DNA of 64,000 bases from the NCBI GenBank assembly GCA_038872135.1, contig JAVZGN010000002.1:32001-96000 (forward strand), read 5' to 3'. This stretch comes from Candidatus Hadarchaeales archaeon. GTDB taxonomy: Archaea; Hadarchaeota; Hadarchaeia; Hadarchaeales; Hadarchaeaceae. Below, piece after piece: positions 1 to 9,684 of this stretch. Each line of letters begins with the position of its first letter. Within the stretch, counting starts at the first letter, position 1. Both the position numbers and the translations under genes were made by a program. The notes beneath the pieces were generated by a model. It saw only the letters and a list, made by a program, of their open reading frames with translations. It did no database searches and was not told the DNA's origin.

Positions 1-385
1 CTTTCGCAGAGTTTCTAACAGCGCGGACAATTTCATCAAGCTCCCAAAGCATTTGATAAGCCGAGCGCCCAGATCTTACCAGCGCCTCCACCTCTTTAGC
101 CTGCCGAACTGCTTTCTTGACATCGAACAGGCTGGTTCTGAGGCGCAAACGCTCACACTCACGGAAGGTGGCAAGATATTTTTCTCCCAGCTTCGTTAGG
201 CGAACTATCCTCCTTGGCCTACCGGGGCCGTGTGGTGCCTCCAGCTTGGATTCCACGAGCCCCTCTCGTTCTAACTTACTCAGTTTAACCAAAACTCTTG
301 CGGGTTTCCAGCCGGTGGCCCCTATCAGCTCTCTTATTCCGCGTTCTCTTTCGCTTATCTTTTCCATGAGCACAACATCATCCAT
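1..385 (-). CDS. Winged helix-turn-helix protein (MarR/PadR-like), runs off the left edge of the window
   Basis: My translation from ATG at 385 (alternative TTG at 394): MDDVVLMEKISERERGIRELIGATGWKPARVLVKLSKLEREGLVESKLEAPHGPGRPRRIVRLTKLGEKYL...; typical wHTH wing GRPRR...LT..G; open to position 2; not in the ORF track. Confidence 0.7.
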   Translation of the reverse strand, partial: MDDVVLMEKISERERGIRELIGATGWKPARVLVKLSKLEREGLVESKLEAPHGPGRPRRIVRLTKLGEKYLATFRECERLRLRTSLFDVKKAVRQAKEVEALVRSGRSAYQMLWELDEIVRAVRNSAK

Positions 386-631
386 GTTTTCCAATTTGTT
401 TCCTTAAAGTCAACAAATATAAATGTTTTGGGGGTATTATTTGAACCAAACACTAGCGGAAGCAACTATACGGGACAAAGAGGAATTGAAACTCAAGCAT
501 CCTTGAGTGCTCGAGCGACTCGGACAGTCACCTGCGAGCCATCATACACAATCGGCCATGAGTTTCTTCAGATTAGAAACATCATTTCTATATGTTTATA
601 AATCATTAGAAGTGCAATTCTATCCTATAAA

Positions 632-754
632 GTGGAGTGCATTGCTGGAGATCTAAAAGTAGAAGTGAAGGCTGGAAAGCCACATAGGAAGTATCCAAGA
701 AATGTGAAAATATTGAATGAAAACACCCTGCAGATATTCTTGGCCGCAATCTAG
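632..754 (+). pseudogene. C-terminal remnant of an archaeal AAA+/DUF4143-type ATPase
   Basis: Translates as VECIAGDLKVEVKAGKPHRKYPRNVKILNENTLQIFLAAI*, resembling the E-V-K containing C-terminus of archaeal ATPases; no Walker A part upstream. Confidence 0.5.
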
Positions 755-885
755 GCGCCCGTTATTTCAGCCAGACCTAAGACGATGCTTGTTTATGAAC
801 CACGCAATTTTGTATAGGGGCTGCTTATTTTCGATGCCTGCTCAGATCTTCGCTCATGTACTAACAAATTGACTCAGCGGGTCTG

Positions 886-2187
886 TCAAGCGAGGGACTC
901 GTACAGCCGCTGGAACTTTAGCGCTATTTTCTTCCACGAGAATTTTTTCACAACATATTTTCTGGCATTGGCTCCCCAGGTCTTCCTATTCGCCACAGCT
1001 TCTGAAAGAGCCTTTGCCAAAAGCTCCGGAGACCTCGCATCCACGCGCACGCCAACCTTTCTGTTCACAGAGTCATCGACAACTTCCCTCAAACCGCCAA
1101 CATCCCCCACAACCACAGGGCTCCCGGAAGCCATGGCCTCCAGCGCCACTATGCCGAAAGCTTCCTCGGTGGAGGGGAAGCAGCAGATATCTGCAGCCCT
1201 GTAAAGGAGGGGAAGGTCCTGCCTCAAGTCTGCGCTCCTTATGACAACCCTCTTCCTAATGTTTTCTGGCATTGCCTCCCTTATTTTAACAAGTTCATCA
1301 TAGGTGTAGCCATCGAAGCCAAGGATGGCCAGGGAATAATCTTGGTTCTTCTCTGCAAATATCTGGAATGCTTTCAGAAGTCCCTTGTGGTTCTTCTCCG
1401 CCACAAACCTTCCAGTGGAGAGGATGAACGGCTTTGTTATCCCATATTTCTTCAGGACTGTGGCGATCCTCTCTGTATCTGCCTCTGTGGGCGGGGTGTA
1501 GAGGTTTGTGTCTACTCCATTGTAGATCACTTTCACTTTTTTCCTCGGTATCCCATATGCATTTATCACAGACTCGGCAGTCGCTTTAGAAACACAGTGA
1601 ACAATATCAGCATTCTCACACCCCTCTGCCTCCAGCAGCAGCCTCCTGTCCAGAGATCCTAGCCTCGCCCTGACCTCAGTCGACAACCCATGCCTCTCTA
1701 TCTCTTTGAGCAACTCGAGATAATCCACCCCAACTGGCCTCGAGACACTTATGTGGACGGAAAAGACACTCTTGATATCTGGATACTCCTCCTTCAGAAT
1801 TGTTATGGCCTTGGCATTCATCCAATCATGTGCGTGGAGGATTAAATTTTTCCTATTCATGAGAGGCATGAGGGGGAGAACCCTTTCATAAACAACTGTA
1901 CTCACAAAGTCGAATGCATCAATCATGTCAAATGAATGCTCTGCAACCCTGAACATCCGATCATCTTTGCTCCTCCACCTCTCAACCGGAACAGCGTGGA
2001 CATGAACATTCTTCGCGTAATTGAAAGAGATGGTTCGAGGAGAATTCAATGCCCTCACAAAAATCACGCTTTCATGGGGGAGCAGCGGATAGAGATATGT
2101 GACGACTATATCTAATCCACCTGTGTAGAGAACATTTGGGATTGGCGACTGGAACCCGAGCCCCATAACCAACAGAGTTTGCTTCAT
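886..2187 (-). CDS. GT4 family glycosyltransferase (glycogen synthase-like N-terminus)
   Basis: TGGLD, HAHDW, IYNGVD, GRFVAEKN, EAFGIVALEAMASG motifs. Confidence 0.9.
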   Translation of the reverse strand: MKQTLLVMGLGFQSPIPNVLYTGGLDIVVTYLYPLLPHESVIFVRALNSPRTISFNYAKNVHVHAVPVERWRSKDDRMFRVAEHSFDMIDAFDFVSTVVYERVLPLMPLMNRKNLILHAHDWMNAKAITILKEEYPDIKSVFSVHISVSRPVGVDYLELLKEIERHGLSTEVRARLGSLDRRLLLEAEGCENADIVHCVSKATAESVINAYGIPRKKVKVIYNGVDTNLYTPPTEADTERIATVLKKYGITKPFILSTGRFVAEKNHKGLLKAFQIFAEKNQDYSLAILGFDGYTYDELVKIREAMPENIRKRVVIRSADLRQDLPLLYRAADICCFPSTEEAFGIVALEAMASGSPVVVGDVGGLREVVDDSVNRKVGVRVDARSPELLAKALSEAVANRKTWGANARKYVVKKFSWKKIALKFQRLYESLA

Positions 2188-2270
2188 GACGATACAAAAT
2201 TGTATTTGCTCAATTTAAACTCTTGGAAAAGCGTAAAAGAAATATCCCGGGCGTGCCAGATGACTATGAT

Positions 2271-2346
2271 AGCCCCGTGGTGTAGTGGTCAAGCATCCGG
2301 GCCTTTGGAGCCCGTGACGGCGGTTCGAATCCGCCCGGGGCTACCA
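2271..2346 (+). tRNA. tRNA-Gln(UUG), CCA encoded
   Basis: Acceptor AGCCCC/GGGGCT, anticodon arm CGGGC-CTTTGGA-GCCCG, T arm GGCGG-TTCGAAT-CCGCC, 3' ACCA. Confidence 0.95.
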
Positions 2347-3024
2347 CTATTCTAACGCAAGCCTCGCAAGCATCTCAAGGTTCCTTATACGCACGAGAGG
2401 CAAATCTTTAGATGGCGTGAAATTTACTGGCTGGGTTTCTGCTATTACGAAGCTGGTAAATCTTCCATCCGCCTTGACCGCCTCGTATTTCTCCTTGAGA
2501 TCCCCGACGGCCCCAAGCCTCCCAGTGGAATCTATCTTGGCGCTAATGACGATATCCTGTCTGACACTGCTCTCCCCGATGTTTTCTTCTTCTCTCACGG
2601 CGGCCAGCATCAGAAGGGCAACTGAAGCGCCCATCGACGGACCAGCAATGCTTGAAGCCATCCCTAGATTTTCCAGACCGATTACAAAATCAACTCTTCC
2701 GAGCCTCTTTCCAACCAACGCTTCTACAGCAGCTCTTGCATCCATCGCTGCTTTTTGAGTGTCCTCATTTTCAAAAGGAGGGACGGCAAAAAGCACCTTT
2801 CCACTGCCATCTCTCATCTCCAGCCACAAACTTCCGAGCCTCCCCCTTCCTGTCATCTGCTCCACCCCAACAATCGTGATCTCTTTTCTTCTCGCTTCAT
2901 TGCCTGAAAGGAGAAGCTCCTCGGGAGGCTCCAGAAGGCTGGTGGCAAATATAGCTCCCACAATCACACCGACGGAGAAGAATGAAACTACAAACATTGC
3001 CAGCGGAGATTTCCTTTTCCTCAT
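2347..3024 (-). CDS. Membrane-anchored Lon-type (S16) serine protease domain protein, no ATPase domain
   Basis: N-terminal TM helix; GPSMG serine motif and VGDLKEK lysine of the Ser-Lys dyad; alternative start 3027. Confidence 0.75.
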   Translation of the reverse strand: MRKRKSPLAMFVVSFFSVGVIVGAIFATSLLEPPEELLLSGNEARRKEITIVGVEQMTGRGRLGSLWLEMRDGSGKVLFAVPPFENEDTQKAAMDARAAVEALVGKRLGRVDFVIGLENLGMASSIAGPSMGASVALLMLAAVREEENIGESSVRQDIVISAKIDSTGRLGAVGDLKEKYEAVKADGRFTSFVIAETQPVNFTPSKDLPLVRIRNLEMLARLALE

Positions 3025-3098
3025 CACCCTAGATTTGTATCATGAAGGTTAAAACCGCCACACCATTAAAAAGCCGCAGGGATAGAGATTTGAGATAG

Positions 3099-3596
3099 AT
3101 GGAGATCCTAGGAATTCTGGCGGTGGCGGTGTGGTTCATTCTCCCGGCCTATGTGGCAAATGCGACACCGGTTGTCCTTGGAGGGGGAAGGCCAATCGAT
3201 GGGGGAAGGAAGTTCATCGACGGGCGCCCAATTTTTGGACCTGGAAAAACCATAAGAGGTTTCATCGCCGGGCTCATAGCTGGCTCCCTTGTTGGGCTTG
3301 TACAGGCTATTTTTGATCGGCCTGGGATGGCCACTGCCGGCTTTCTTCTTTCTCTCGGGGCCCTAGTAGGTGATCTTCTCGGAAGCTTCATTAAACGCCG
3401 ACTGGGACTTCCTAGGGGTGCCGCAGCGCCGGGGCTAGACCAGCTTGGCTTTCTTCTCGTCGCCATCGCATTTGCCTCTCCAATTGTCCTACCAGCACTT
3501 GAGACCTTTGTTGCTCTTCTCATAATCACACCAATCCTCCACCTGGGCACAAACTACTGCGGATATCTGCTTAAGCTGAAGGACAGGCCCTACTGA
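3099..3596 (+). CDS. carS: CDP-archaeol synthase
   Basis: PAYVANATPV, PIDGG...DGRPIFGPGKT, GDLLGSFIKRR, LDQL motifs; hydrophobic. Confidence 0.92.
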   Translation: MEILGILAVAVWFILPAYVANATPVVLGGGRPIDGGRKFIDGRPIFGPGKTIRGFIAGLIAGSLVGLVQAIFDRPGMATAGFLLSLGALVGDLLGSFIKRRLGLPRGAAAPGLDQLGFLLVAIAFASPIVLPALETFVALLIITPILHLGTNYCGYLLKLKDRPY

Positions 3597-3605
3597 GGCG
3601 ACAAC

Positions 3606-4574
3606 ATGAATTATGATGTTCTTGGCATCGGGACGGCACTCTTGGACCACTTTGTTAAGGTAAATGATGCCTTCCTCGTTGAGCATGGGTTGATAAAAGG
3701 GGCCACAAATTTTCTCCCATGGAAAAGATTCGATGAAATTTATGAAAAACTTGAAGGCGAAATTTTCCTCACCCTCCCAGGAGACAACGCAAGAAATGTC
3801 TGCGAGGGCATCGCATACCTTGGCGACACTCCATGCTATCTTGGCTGCGTGGGGAGGGACAGAGAGGGTGATTTTCTTTTGAGAGAGCTGAAGGTCCAAG
3901 GAATTCGCAGCATCGTGGAAAGGAAGGCTGGAAGAACCGGCAGGATAATAGTCGCCGTGACGCCCGATGGAGAGAGAACATTTCTGGTTAATCTTGGAGT
4001 CGGGGTGAACTGCACTCGCCTTCCGGAGAGAGAAATCTGCCACTCAAAATTCCTCTATCTGACCTCCATAACCTTGGCTGCCAGAGGAATGATAAAAAGA
4101 ATTGCGAAAGAGGCGATCTCGGTAGCGGAAAGAAAAGGTACAAGAGTGGCGCTGTCGCTGGAAAGCCCCCCAACCGTGGCCAGAAACAGACAAACATTGA
4201 TCAAGCTTTTGAATTCTGTAGATGTGCTTTTTTCCAACGAGGATGAGTTGCGGGCCCTGGGAAAACCCGTCCAGTGGTTGCTCCAAAAAGTTGAACTTCT
4301 CTACCTGAAAAGGGGTGGAAAAGGATCAACCGTCTTCACCGGGGGAAAAAGATGGCAGATCCCCTCTTTCTCTAGAAAAACTGTGGATACCACTGGGGCC
4401 GGGGACTTCTATGCTGCGGGGGTCCTACACGGGCTGCTCCACGGAAAACCACCAGAAAAAGCCGGGGAGATCGGGGCGAGAATGGCTGGAAAGGTTGTGG
4501 AGCATTTCGGGGCAACCATCAGAAATCTCACTTTTCCCAGGGAAAAACAATCCACCTATCGGTCTCAAAGATGA
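3606..4574 (+). CDS. PfkB family carbohydrate/nucleoside kinase
   Basis: DGERTF, NEDE, VDTTGAGDFYAAG PfkB signature. Confidence 0.9.
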   Translation: MNYDVLGIGTALLDHFVKVNDAFLVEHGLIKGATNFLPWKRFDEIYEKLEGEIFLTLPGDNARNVCEGIAYLGDTPCYLGCVGRDREGDFLLRELKVQGIRSIVERKAGRTGRIIVAVTPDGERTFLVNLGVGVNCTRLPEREICHSKFLYLTSITLAARGMIKRIAKEAISVAERKGTRVALSLESPPTVARNRQTLIKLLNSVDVLFSNEDELRALGKPVQWLLQKVELLYLKRGGKGSTVFTGGKRWQIPSFSRKTVDTTGAGDFYAAGVLHGLLHGKPPEKAGEIGARMAGKVVEHFGATIRNLTFPREKQSTYRSQR

Positions 4575-4962
4575 AGTAATCGGGCTTCATGGAAGAATGG
4601 GGTTTATGCGCCAGGGCTGCCGTCCTCACCTCCTTCGCACCCTTCTTTTTGAGGTGGGAAATCACAAAAGAGAGGCTAGTGCCGGTATCAACAACATCAT
4701 CAACCACCAGAACCTTTCCTTTGATTTTTCCTATGTCTTCGACCAGAACCGGCTTTTTCGCGCGCCTGCATCCCACATAATATTTCACATCGATTGCCCT
4801 GAACTGGCTAATGCCGAGAAGATGGGCTATTCTGACCGCTGGGACGAGCCCTCCCCTGGCAACACCGATGATAATGTCCGGACGAAAATTCTTCTTTATC
4901 TTCTTCGCAAGGGCCACAGACATTCTGTCAACTTCTTCCCAGCCAAGAAGGAGCTTCCTCAT
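4528..4962 (-). CDS. Purine phosphoribosyltransferase (type I PRTase)
   Basis: GVARGGLVPA, VLVVDDVVDTGTS PRPP loop, WIVFPWE; likely start ATG 4962 (track start 5016). Confidence 0.9.
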   Translation of the reverse strand: MRKLLLGWEEVDRMSVALAKKIKKNFRPDIIIGVARGGLVPAVRIAHLLGISQFRAIDVKYYVGCRRAKKPVLVEDIGKIKGKVLVVDDVVDTGTSLSFVISHLKKKGAKEVRTAALAHKPHSSMKPDYFIFETDRWIVFPWEK

Positions 4963-5056
4963 CCATCCACAATAGAAAATTTCGCTCTTCTCTAAAATAG
5001 TTTCCCGAGCTGGCACAATTCCGCTAATTTTTAAACTTCTCCTGCAAGTTTAATTG

Positions 5057-5350
5057 ATGGCAAAAAGGCCAAATCTGGTATACATAAAGCGACTCGTCCT
5101 AGATGTCCTCAAGCCACACCAGCCGATCCTTCCCGAGTTCGCCACATCCCTTGCATCCATCCCCGGGGTCACAAATGTAAATGTTACGCTTATTGAGATC
5201 GACAAGGAAACGGAGACGCTGAAGCTGATAATTGAGGGGGATCTAGACTTTCCCACCATAAGGATGGCGATAGAGGAGAAGGGCGGAGTTATTCACAGCG
5301 TTGATGAAGTGGCCGCAGGGGTTGTCCCAAAGAAAAAATCTCAGGGATGA
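5057..5350 (+). CDS. DUF211 family protein
   Basis: RLVLDVLKPHQP and GGVIHSVDEV motifs. Confidence 0.88.
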   Translation: MAKRPNLVYIKRLVLDVLKPHQPILPEFATSLASIPGVTNVNVTLIEIDKETETLKLIIEGDLDFPTIRMAIEEKGGVIHSVDEVAAGVVPKKKSQG

Positions 5351-6138
5351 AGGAAGCATTCTTTTCTAGTGCAGCTGGAGCACGCCGGTTCAACTTTCAA
5401 TGGCCTTTCTCCCTCGATCTCCTTCAAAATTGACTTAACCTTCATGAGCTGTGGCCTCGACCCCTCTATCAAAAGAGTGACGCTCCCCTCAGCCCCCGAA
5501 ATCCCTCCCTTTCCCATGACCTGCGCCTCTGCCCCTGTCAAAATTTTCACGGCTTCGATTTCAGTTATAATTTTACCTTTTACCGGCATTATCCCCACCG
5601 CACATCCCCTTGCATAATCAAACCTGAGAATTCCGGCTTTTCTCGAAATCTCGCTCACAGACCCTGGAACAAACTTCTCCAGTCCTACAGGGATTATCAG
5701 ATCGACTCCTCTTGCGGCGATGTGGCCGAGGAGCCGGCCTATCGTTCCTCCACGCTTTGACGCTAGAAAAATTCCTGCAGTGCCACTTGCGTCGATGGCG
5801 TTGGCACCTTTTATCACTATGTCTCCCGGCTGCAGGAGATCTGCCGCCTCCTCCAACCTCATGTCAACAACTTTTCCCCTCCTGATTATCACTTGAGGAA
5901 GCCTCACCTCCTCGGGCACAACGCATGTACCCCTTGGGAGGACAACACCGGCCAGAAATCTTTCCTTCTCGATTTTATTTCCAAACAGTTCTTCAACAAC
6001 ATATGCGTTTGTGGAGCCCACGCCGATTATTACTAATCCACGCCTGAATGCTCTCTTCACCTCTGGAAGGGCAGCTACCGCTTTTCCTATTAATCTCTTC
6101 GACTCCGGAGGGGTGAGGGTGATCTGAATCTTGGGCAT
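5341..6138 (-). CDS. Conserved uncharacterised protein, possible NagB/RpiA/CoA-transferase-like fold with C-terminal Cys cluster
   Basis: LTPPESKRLIGKAV, GSTNAYV, KGANAID, GGTIG, IPVGLEK, terminal CSSCTRKEC; likely start ATG 6138. Confidence 0.6.
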   Translation of the reverse strand: MPKIQITLTPPESKRLIGKAVAALPEVKRAFRRGLVIIGVGSTNAYVVEELFGNKIEKERFLAGVVLPRGTCVVPEEVRLPQVIIRRGKVVDMRLEEAADLLQPGDIVIKGANAIDASGTAGIFLASKRGGTIGRLLGHIAARGVDLIIPVGLEKFVPGSVSEISRKAGILRFDYARGCAVGIMPVKGKIITEIEAVKILTGAEAQVMGKGGISGAEGSVTLLIEGSRPQLMKVKSILKEIEGERPLKVEPACSSCTRKECFLHP

Positions 6139-6221
6139 CAAAAAACTTCTCCCTGGACCTGATAAAAGGCTTGAGCAATTCCCCGCCGGATTAATAACAA
6201 CCGGTGTCGATAGTTCACTGG

Positions 6222-7022
6222 ATGGAAAGATTCTGCTACATCTGCGGGGAAAAGGAAAAACCCAGTTCACCGCTCATTGAAGGCCTTTGCCAGAAGTGTT
6301 TTGCAGATAGATTCAAGATGCTGGTTGTGCCGAAGAAGATCTCTCTGACCGTGTGTAAAGGGTGCGGGATGTATTTTTGGAAAGGGGCGTGGATAAAGCC
6401 AAGTGATGTTGAAGACATTGTGAGGAGTGCTGTGCTTCAAGAAGTGTCAGTTGCCAATCTCGTGGATGGCGAAAGAGTGTTAGTACCCCTTTGCTCCGCG
6501 GATGTCGAGGCAACGGTTATCCCTCGCCCTAAAGCGGGTGTCGCAGAAGTTGAGGTGAGAGGCAAGAGTCATAAAAATCAGGCGGAGCCGAAAACTGAAA
6601 AAGCTGAGATAAAAGTTGAGATTTTCCGCAAGCTTTGCAAAACCTGCTCCCTCAAGGCAGCTGGGAGGTATGAAGCAGTTCTTCAGCTGAGGGGCGTGAG
6701 GGGGGATGAGCCGATCGAAGAGGCTGCAGGCATCATTCAAGGGGTAATAGCAACCATGGAAAGAGCAAGTCCACAGGACTTCCTCGTTAGAATTGAGAAG
6801 GAGGGAGAGGGCCTGAACCTCTACCTTGGATCGCTGAATCTTGGTAAGAGACTTTCTGAATTGCTTAGAAAAAGCGGCGCAAGAGTTGTGGAAACCGCAA
6901 AGCTAATCGGGCAGACAAAGGATGGAAGGAAAAAATATAGGGTGACAATTCTGGCAAAAATCTCAGAGGAGGCAATAAGAAGACTTGTGAAGCATTCGGG
7001 ATTTAAAGGCGGGGAAAGATAA
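6222..7022 (+). CDS. NMD3 family ribosome biogenesis protein
   Basis: Four CxxC pairs (CYIC, CQKC, CKGC, CKTC), YEAVLQLR, KLIGQTKDGRKKYRVTI. Confidence 0.9.
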   Translation: MERFCYICGEKEKPSSPLIEGLCQKCFADRFKMLVVPKKISLTVCKGCGMYFWKGAWIKPSDVEDIVRSAVLQEVSVANLVDGERVLVPLCSADVEATVIPRPKAGVAEVEVRGKSHKNQAEPKTEKAEIKVEIFRKLCKTCSLKAAGRYEAVLQLRGVRGDEPIEEAAGIIQGVIATMERASPQDFLVRIEKEGEGLNLYLGSLNLGKRLSELLRKSGARVVETAKLIGQTKDGRKKYRVTILAKISEEAIRRLVKHSGFKGGER

Positions 7023-7038
7023 CTTTAGGGTTGAAAGA

Positions 7039-8718
7039 ATGGAGCTTCCAGGCGCCAAAATCCTTCTAGAAGCTCTAAAGGCCGAGGGGGTCAGGCACAT
7101 CTTTGGGATACCTGGGGGAGCGATAATCCCAATCTATGACGCCCTTTACGACGAGAAGGAAATCACCCACATCCTGACCCGCCACGAGCAGGCTGCCGCC
7201 CACGCCGCAGATGGCTATGCAAGGGCTTCGGGGAAGGTCGGGGTGTGCATGACAACATCGGGGCCCGGAGCAACAAATCTCACCACAGGCATCCTGAACG
7301 CATACATGGACAGCTCGCCGGTGGTGGCCATCTCGGGGCAGGTCACAATGCCGGCGATAGGTACCGATGCCTTTCAGGAGGCCGACATGCTGAGCGTGAT
7401 GCTGCCGATAACAAAGCATAACTTCATCGTCAAAAGCCCAGGGGATCTCCCAAAGATTGTCCGTCTGGCATTTACAATCGCCACGACGGGAAGGCCCGGG
7501 CCGGTCCACATAGATATCCCAAAAAATGTTCAGGTGGAAAAGGCCGATGTGAAGATACCTGCTGAGATAAAATATGAAAAGATTCCAAAGCTGGAGCCCA
7601 CCCAAACTGAAGTTACGCGGGCGGTGGAACTTCTTGTCCACGCCAGACAACCCGTAATATATGCGGGGGGCGGGGTAGTCCTATCTGGGGCATCGCCTGA
7701 GCTAATTTCACTTGCCGAGACCCTTCAGGCCCCGGTTGTGACCTCGCTGCTCGGGAAGGGGGTCATCCCTGAAACCCATCCCCTCTCCCTCGGGATGTTA
7801 GGAATGCATGGGAGAATTGCCGCAAACCTAGCAGTTACCGAGTGTGACCTGCTTCTAGCCGTTGGGGTGAGGTTCAGCGACCGCGCCACCGGGGATGTTC
7901 GCCATTTCGCCCCGAGGGCAAAAATCATTCACATAGACATTGATCCAGTGGAGATAGGCAAAAATGTGCGCGTGGATTTATCCATTGCTGCCGACGCAAA
8001 GCTGGCCCTGAGGAAAATACTTGAGGGATTGAAAATTCATGCCCAGAAGGGGAGGACAAGTGAGTGGCTATCGCGAATAAAGAAGCTGAAAGAGGAGCTT
8101 GCCCCAAAGATGGACTACGATGAAGTTCCTACAAAGCCTCAGAGGGCTATAAAGGAGATCATGAATGTGCTGGGCGATGAAGCAATCGTTACAACAGAGG
8201 TTGGGCAGTGCCAGATGTGGGCGGCCCACTTCTTCCTCGTGAAGAAACCCAGGCATTTCATAAGCTCTGGGGGTCTCGGGACGATGGGATTTGGATTCCC
8301 GGCTGCAATCGGAGCAAAAGTTGCACGCCCGGATGCAACAGTGGTAAACATTGCTGGAGATGGGAGCTTTCTGATGAACTCTCAGGAGCTTGCGACCGCT
8401 GTTGAAAATGGGATAAATGTTGTCTCATGCATATTCAACAACAGATATCTGGGAATGGTGAAGCAGTGGCAGGATATTTTCTACTCAAAGAGGAGGTCTG
8501 CGGTGAGTCTCGGGAACTCTCCAGATTTTGTGAAGCTCGCGGAGGCCTATGGGGCGTGGGGGGACAGGGCATCCAGACCCAGCGAGATCGGTCCAAAGCT
8601 TAAGGAGGCTATAAACTCTGGAAAACCCGCTGTGCTGGACATCCCAATAGACCCGGACGAGCATGTGCTCCCGATGGTGCCGGCGGGTGGGAGGCTAGAC
8701 GAGCCGATCTTGACCTGA
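7039..8718 (+). CDS. ilvB: Acetolactate synthase large subunit
   Basis: FGIPGG, RHEQAAAHAADGYAR, TSGPGATN, GDGSF...NN TPP motif, LGMVKQWQ. Confidence 0.95.
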   Translation: MELPGAKILLEALKAEGVRHIFGIPGGAIIPIYDALYDEKEITHILTRHEQAAAHAADGYARASGKVGVCMTTSGPGATNLTTGILNAYMDSSPVVAISGQVTMPAIGTDAFQEADMLSVMLPITKHNFIVKSPGDLPKIVRLAFTIATTGRPGPVHIDIPKNVQVEKADVKIPAEIKYEKIPKLEPTQTEVTRAVELLVHARQPVIYAGGGVVLSGASPELISLAETLQAPVVTSLLGKGVIPETHPLSLGMLGMHGRIAANLAVTECDLLLAVGVRFSDRATGDVRHFAPRAKIIHIDIDPVEIGKNVRVDLSIAADAKLALRKILEGLKIHAQKGRTSEWLSRIKKLKEELAPKMDYDEVPTKPQRAIKEIMNVLGDEAIVTTEVGQCQMWAAHFFLVKKPRHFISSGGLGTMGFGFPAAIGAKVARPDATVVNIAGDGSFLMNSQELATAVENGINVVSCIFNNRYLGMVKQWQDIFYSKRRSAVSLGNSPDFVKLAEAYGAWGDRASRPSEIGPKLKEAINSGKPAVLDIPIDPDEHVLPMVPAGGRLDEPILT

Positions 8719-8728
8719 AGGTGACATC

Positions 8729-9208
8729 ATGAAGAAGAGAATATTCTCGATTCTCTGCCAGAACATCCCGGGGGTGATGATGAGGATAACGAGGGACTTC
8801 ACGAGAAGGCAGATAAACCTCGACTCAATAACCGTGGGTCTAGAGCCCTCTGGGCTGGCGAGAATCATCTTGATGTTCAACGCAGACGACAAAATGGCAG
8901 AATTCATGAGGAAAATAATTGCAAGGCTTGAGCCGATAGTTTCTGTTGAGGTGATCGATCCAGAAAAAAGTGTTGTCAGGGAAGTGGCCCTCCTGAAAAC
9001 AAGGAGACTAGACAATGAAAAGCACTGGAAGGTTGTGGATCAGATAGAGCGGGCTGGGGGAAAAATAATCGATTCCAGCGAGGGGGCGATTATCGCTGAG
9101 ATAAGTGGAGATCATGATCTAATAGAGAATTTGATTAGCTCGCTTGGGGCAAATGTGATAAAAGAAATCGCTCGCTCCGGGCAGGTCTACATCTCCAAAG
9201 AGCTTTGA
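8729..9208 (+). CDS. ilvH: Acetolactate synthase small (ACT) subunit
   Basis: NIPGV..RI...F.RR.IN.DSITVG, REVALLK, EIARSG; directly downstream of ilvB. Confidence 0.85.
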   Translation: MKKRIFSILCQNIPGVMMRITRDFTRRQINLDSITVGLEPSGLARIILMFNADDKMAEFMRKIIARLEPIVSVEVIDPEKSVVREVALLKTRRLDNEKHWKVVDQIERAGGKIIDSSEGAIIAEISGDHDLIENLISSLGANVIKEIARSGQVYISKEL

Positions 9209-9210
9209 GA

Positions 9211-9684
9211 CTAGAGGTATGGCTTGTCCAGCTCCAGGAGCCTCCTCAACTTCTCAACTTCCGACCTCAGCTTCTCATCTGCCTTTCTCATCGATTTTGG
9301 GAAATGCTCCTTCAGTGGCTCTGTTTCCTCCCGGTAGCTGCTTACCCCGGCTGCAAGAATTGCCCTGTCTTTATGCTTTGGATGGGGCGCCATTAGGCCA
9401 AAGGGAACTGGGATTCCCCCCATCATCTTTGCGATTATCTCATCGTCGATTCTTCTAGCTGGAATTCTCGCACCCTTCCCAACTATCTCATAGGGGGACT
9501 TCCTCTCTCCCTTTATCTCCCAGAGCCCGATTCCCGGAGCAAAGAAATAGAACTCGTCAAACCCATAATCGTCCCTTCCGATGACGGCCCTCCATTTTGA
9601 CCTGAGGTTTGGGTGCTTCTGGTATAATTTTCTCATCTCCTCCATGACTTCCGCGAGAGAAAGAATCTTCATCTCCTCACCCAT
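9211..9684 (-). CDS. Hypothetical protein
   Basis: 157-aa ORF overlapping the acylphosphatase stop; protein-like composition; family not recognised. Confidence 0.6.
   Translation of the reverse strand: MGEEMKILSLAEVMEEMRKLYQKHPNLRSKWRAVIGRDDYGFDEFYFFAPGIGLWEIKGERKSPYEIVGKGARIPARRIDDEIIAKMMGGIPVPFGLMAPHPKHKDRAILAAGVSSYREETEPLKEHFPKSMRKADEKLRSEVEKLRRLLELDKPYL

Noticed and set aside
1-2346. Element integrated at tRNA-Gln
   Set aside because: The variable region lies on the tRNA 5' side; no integrase or duplicated tRNA fragment was seen
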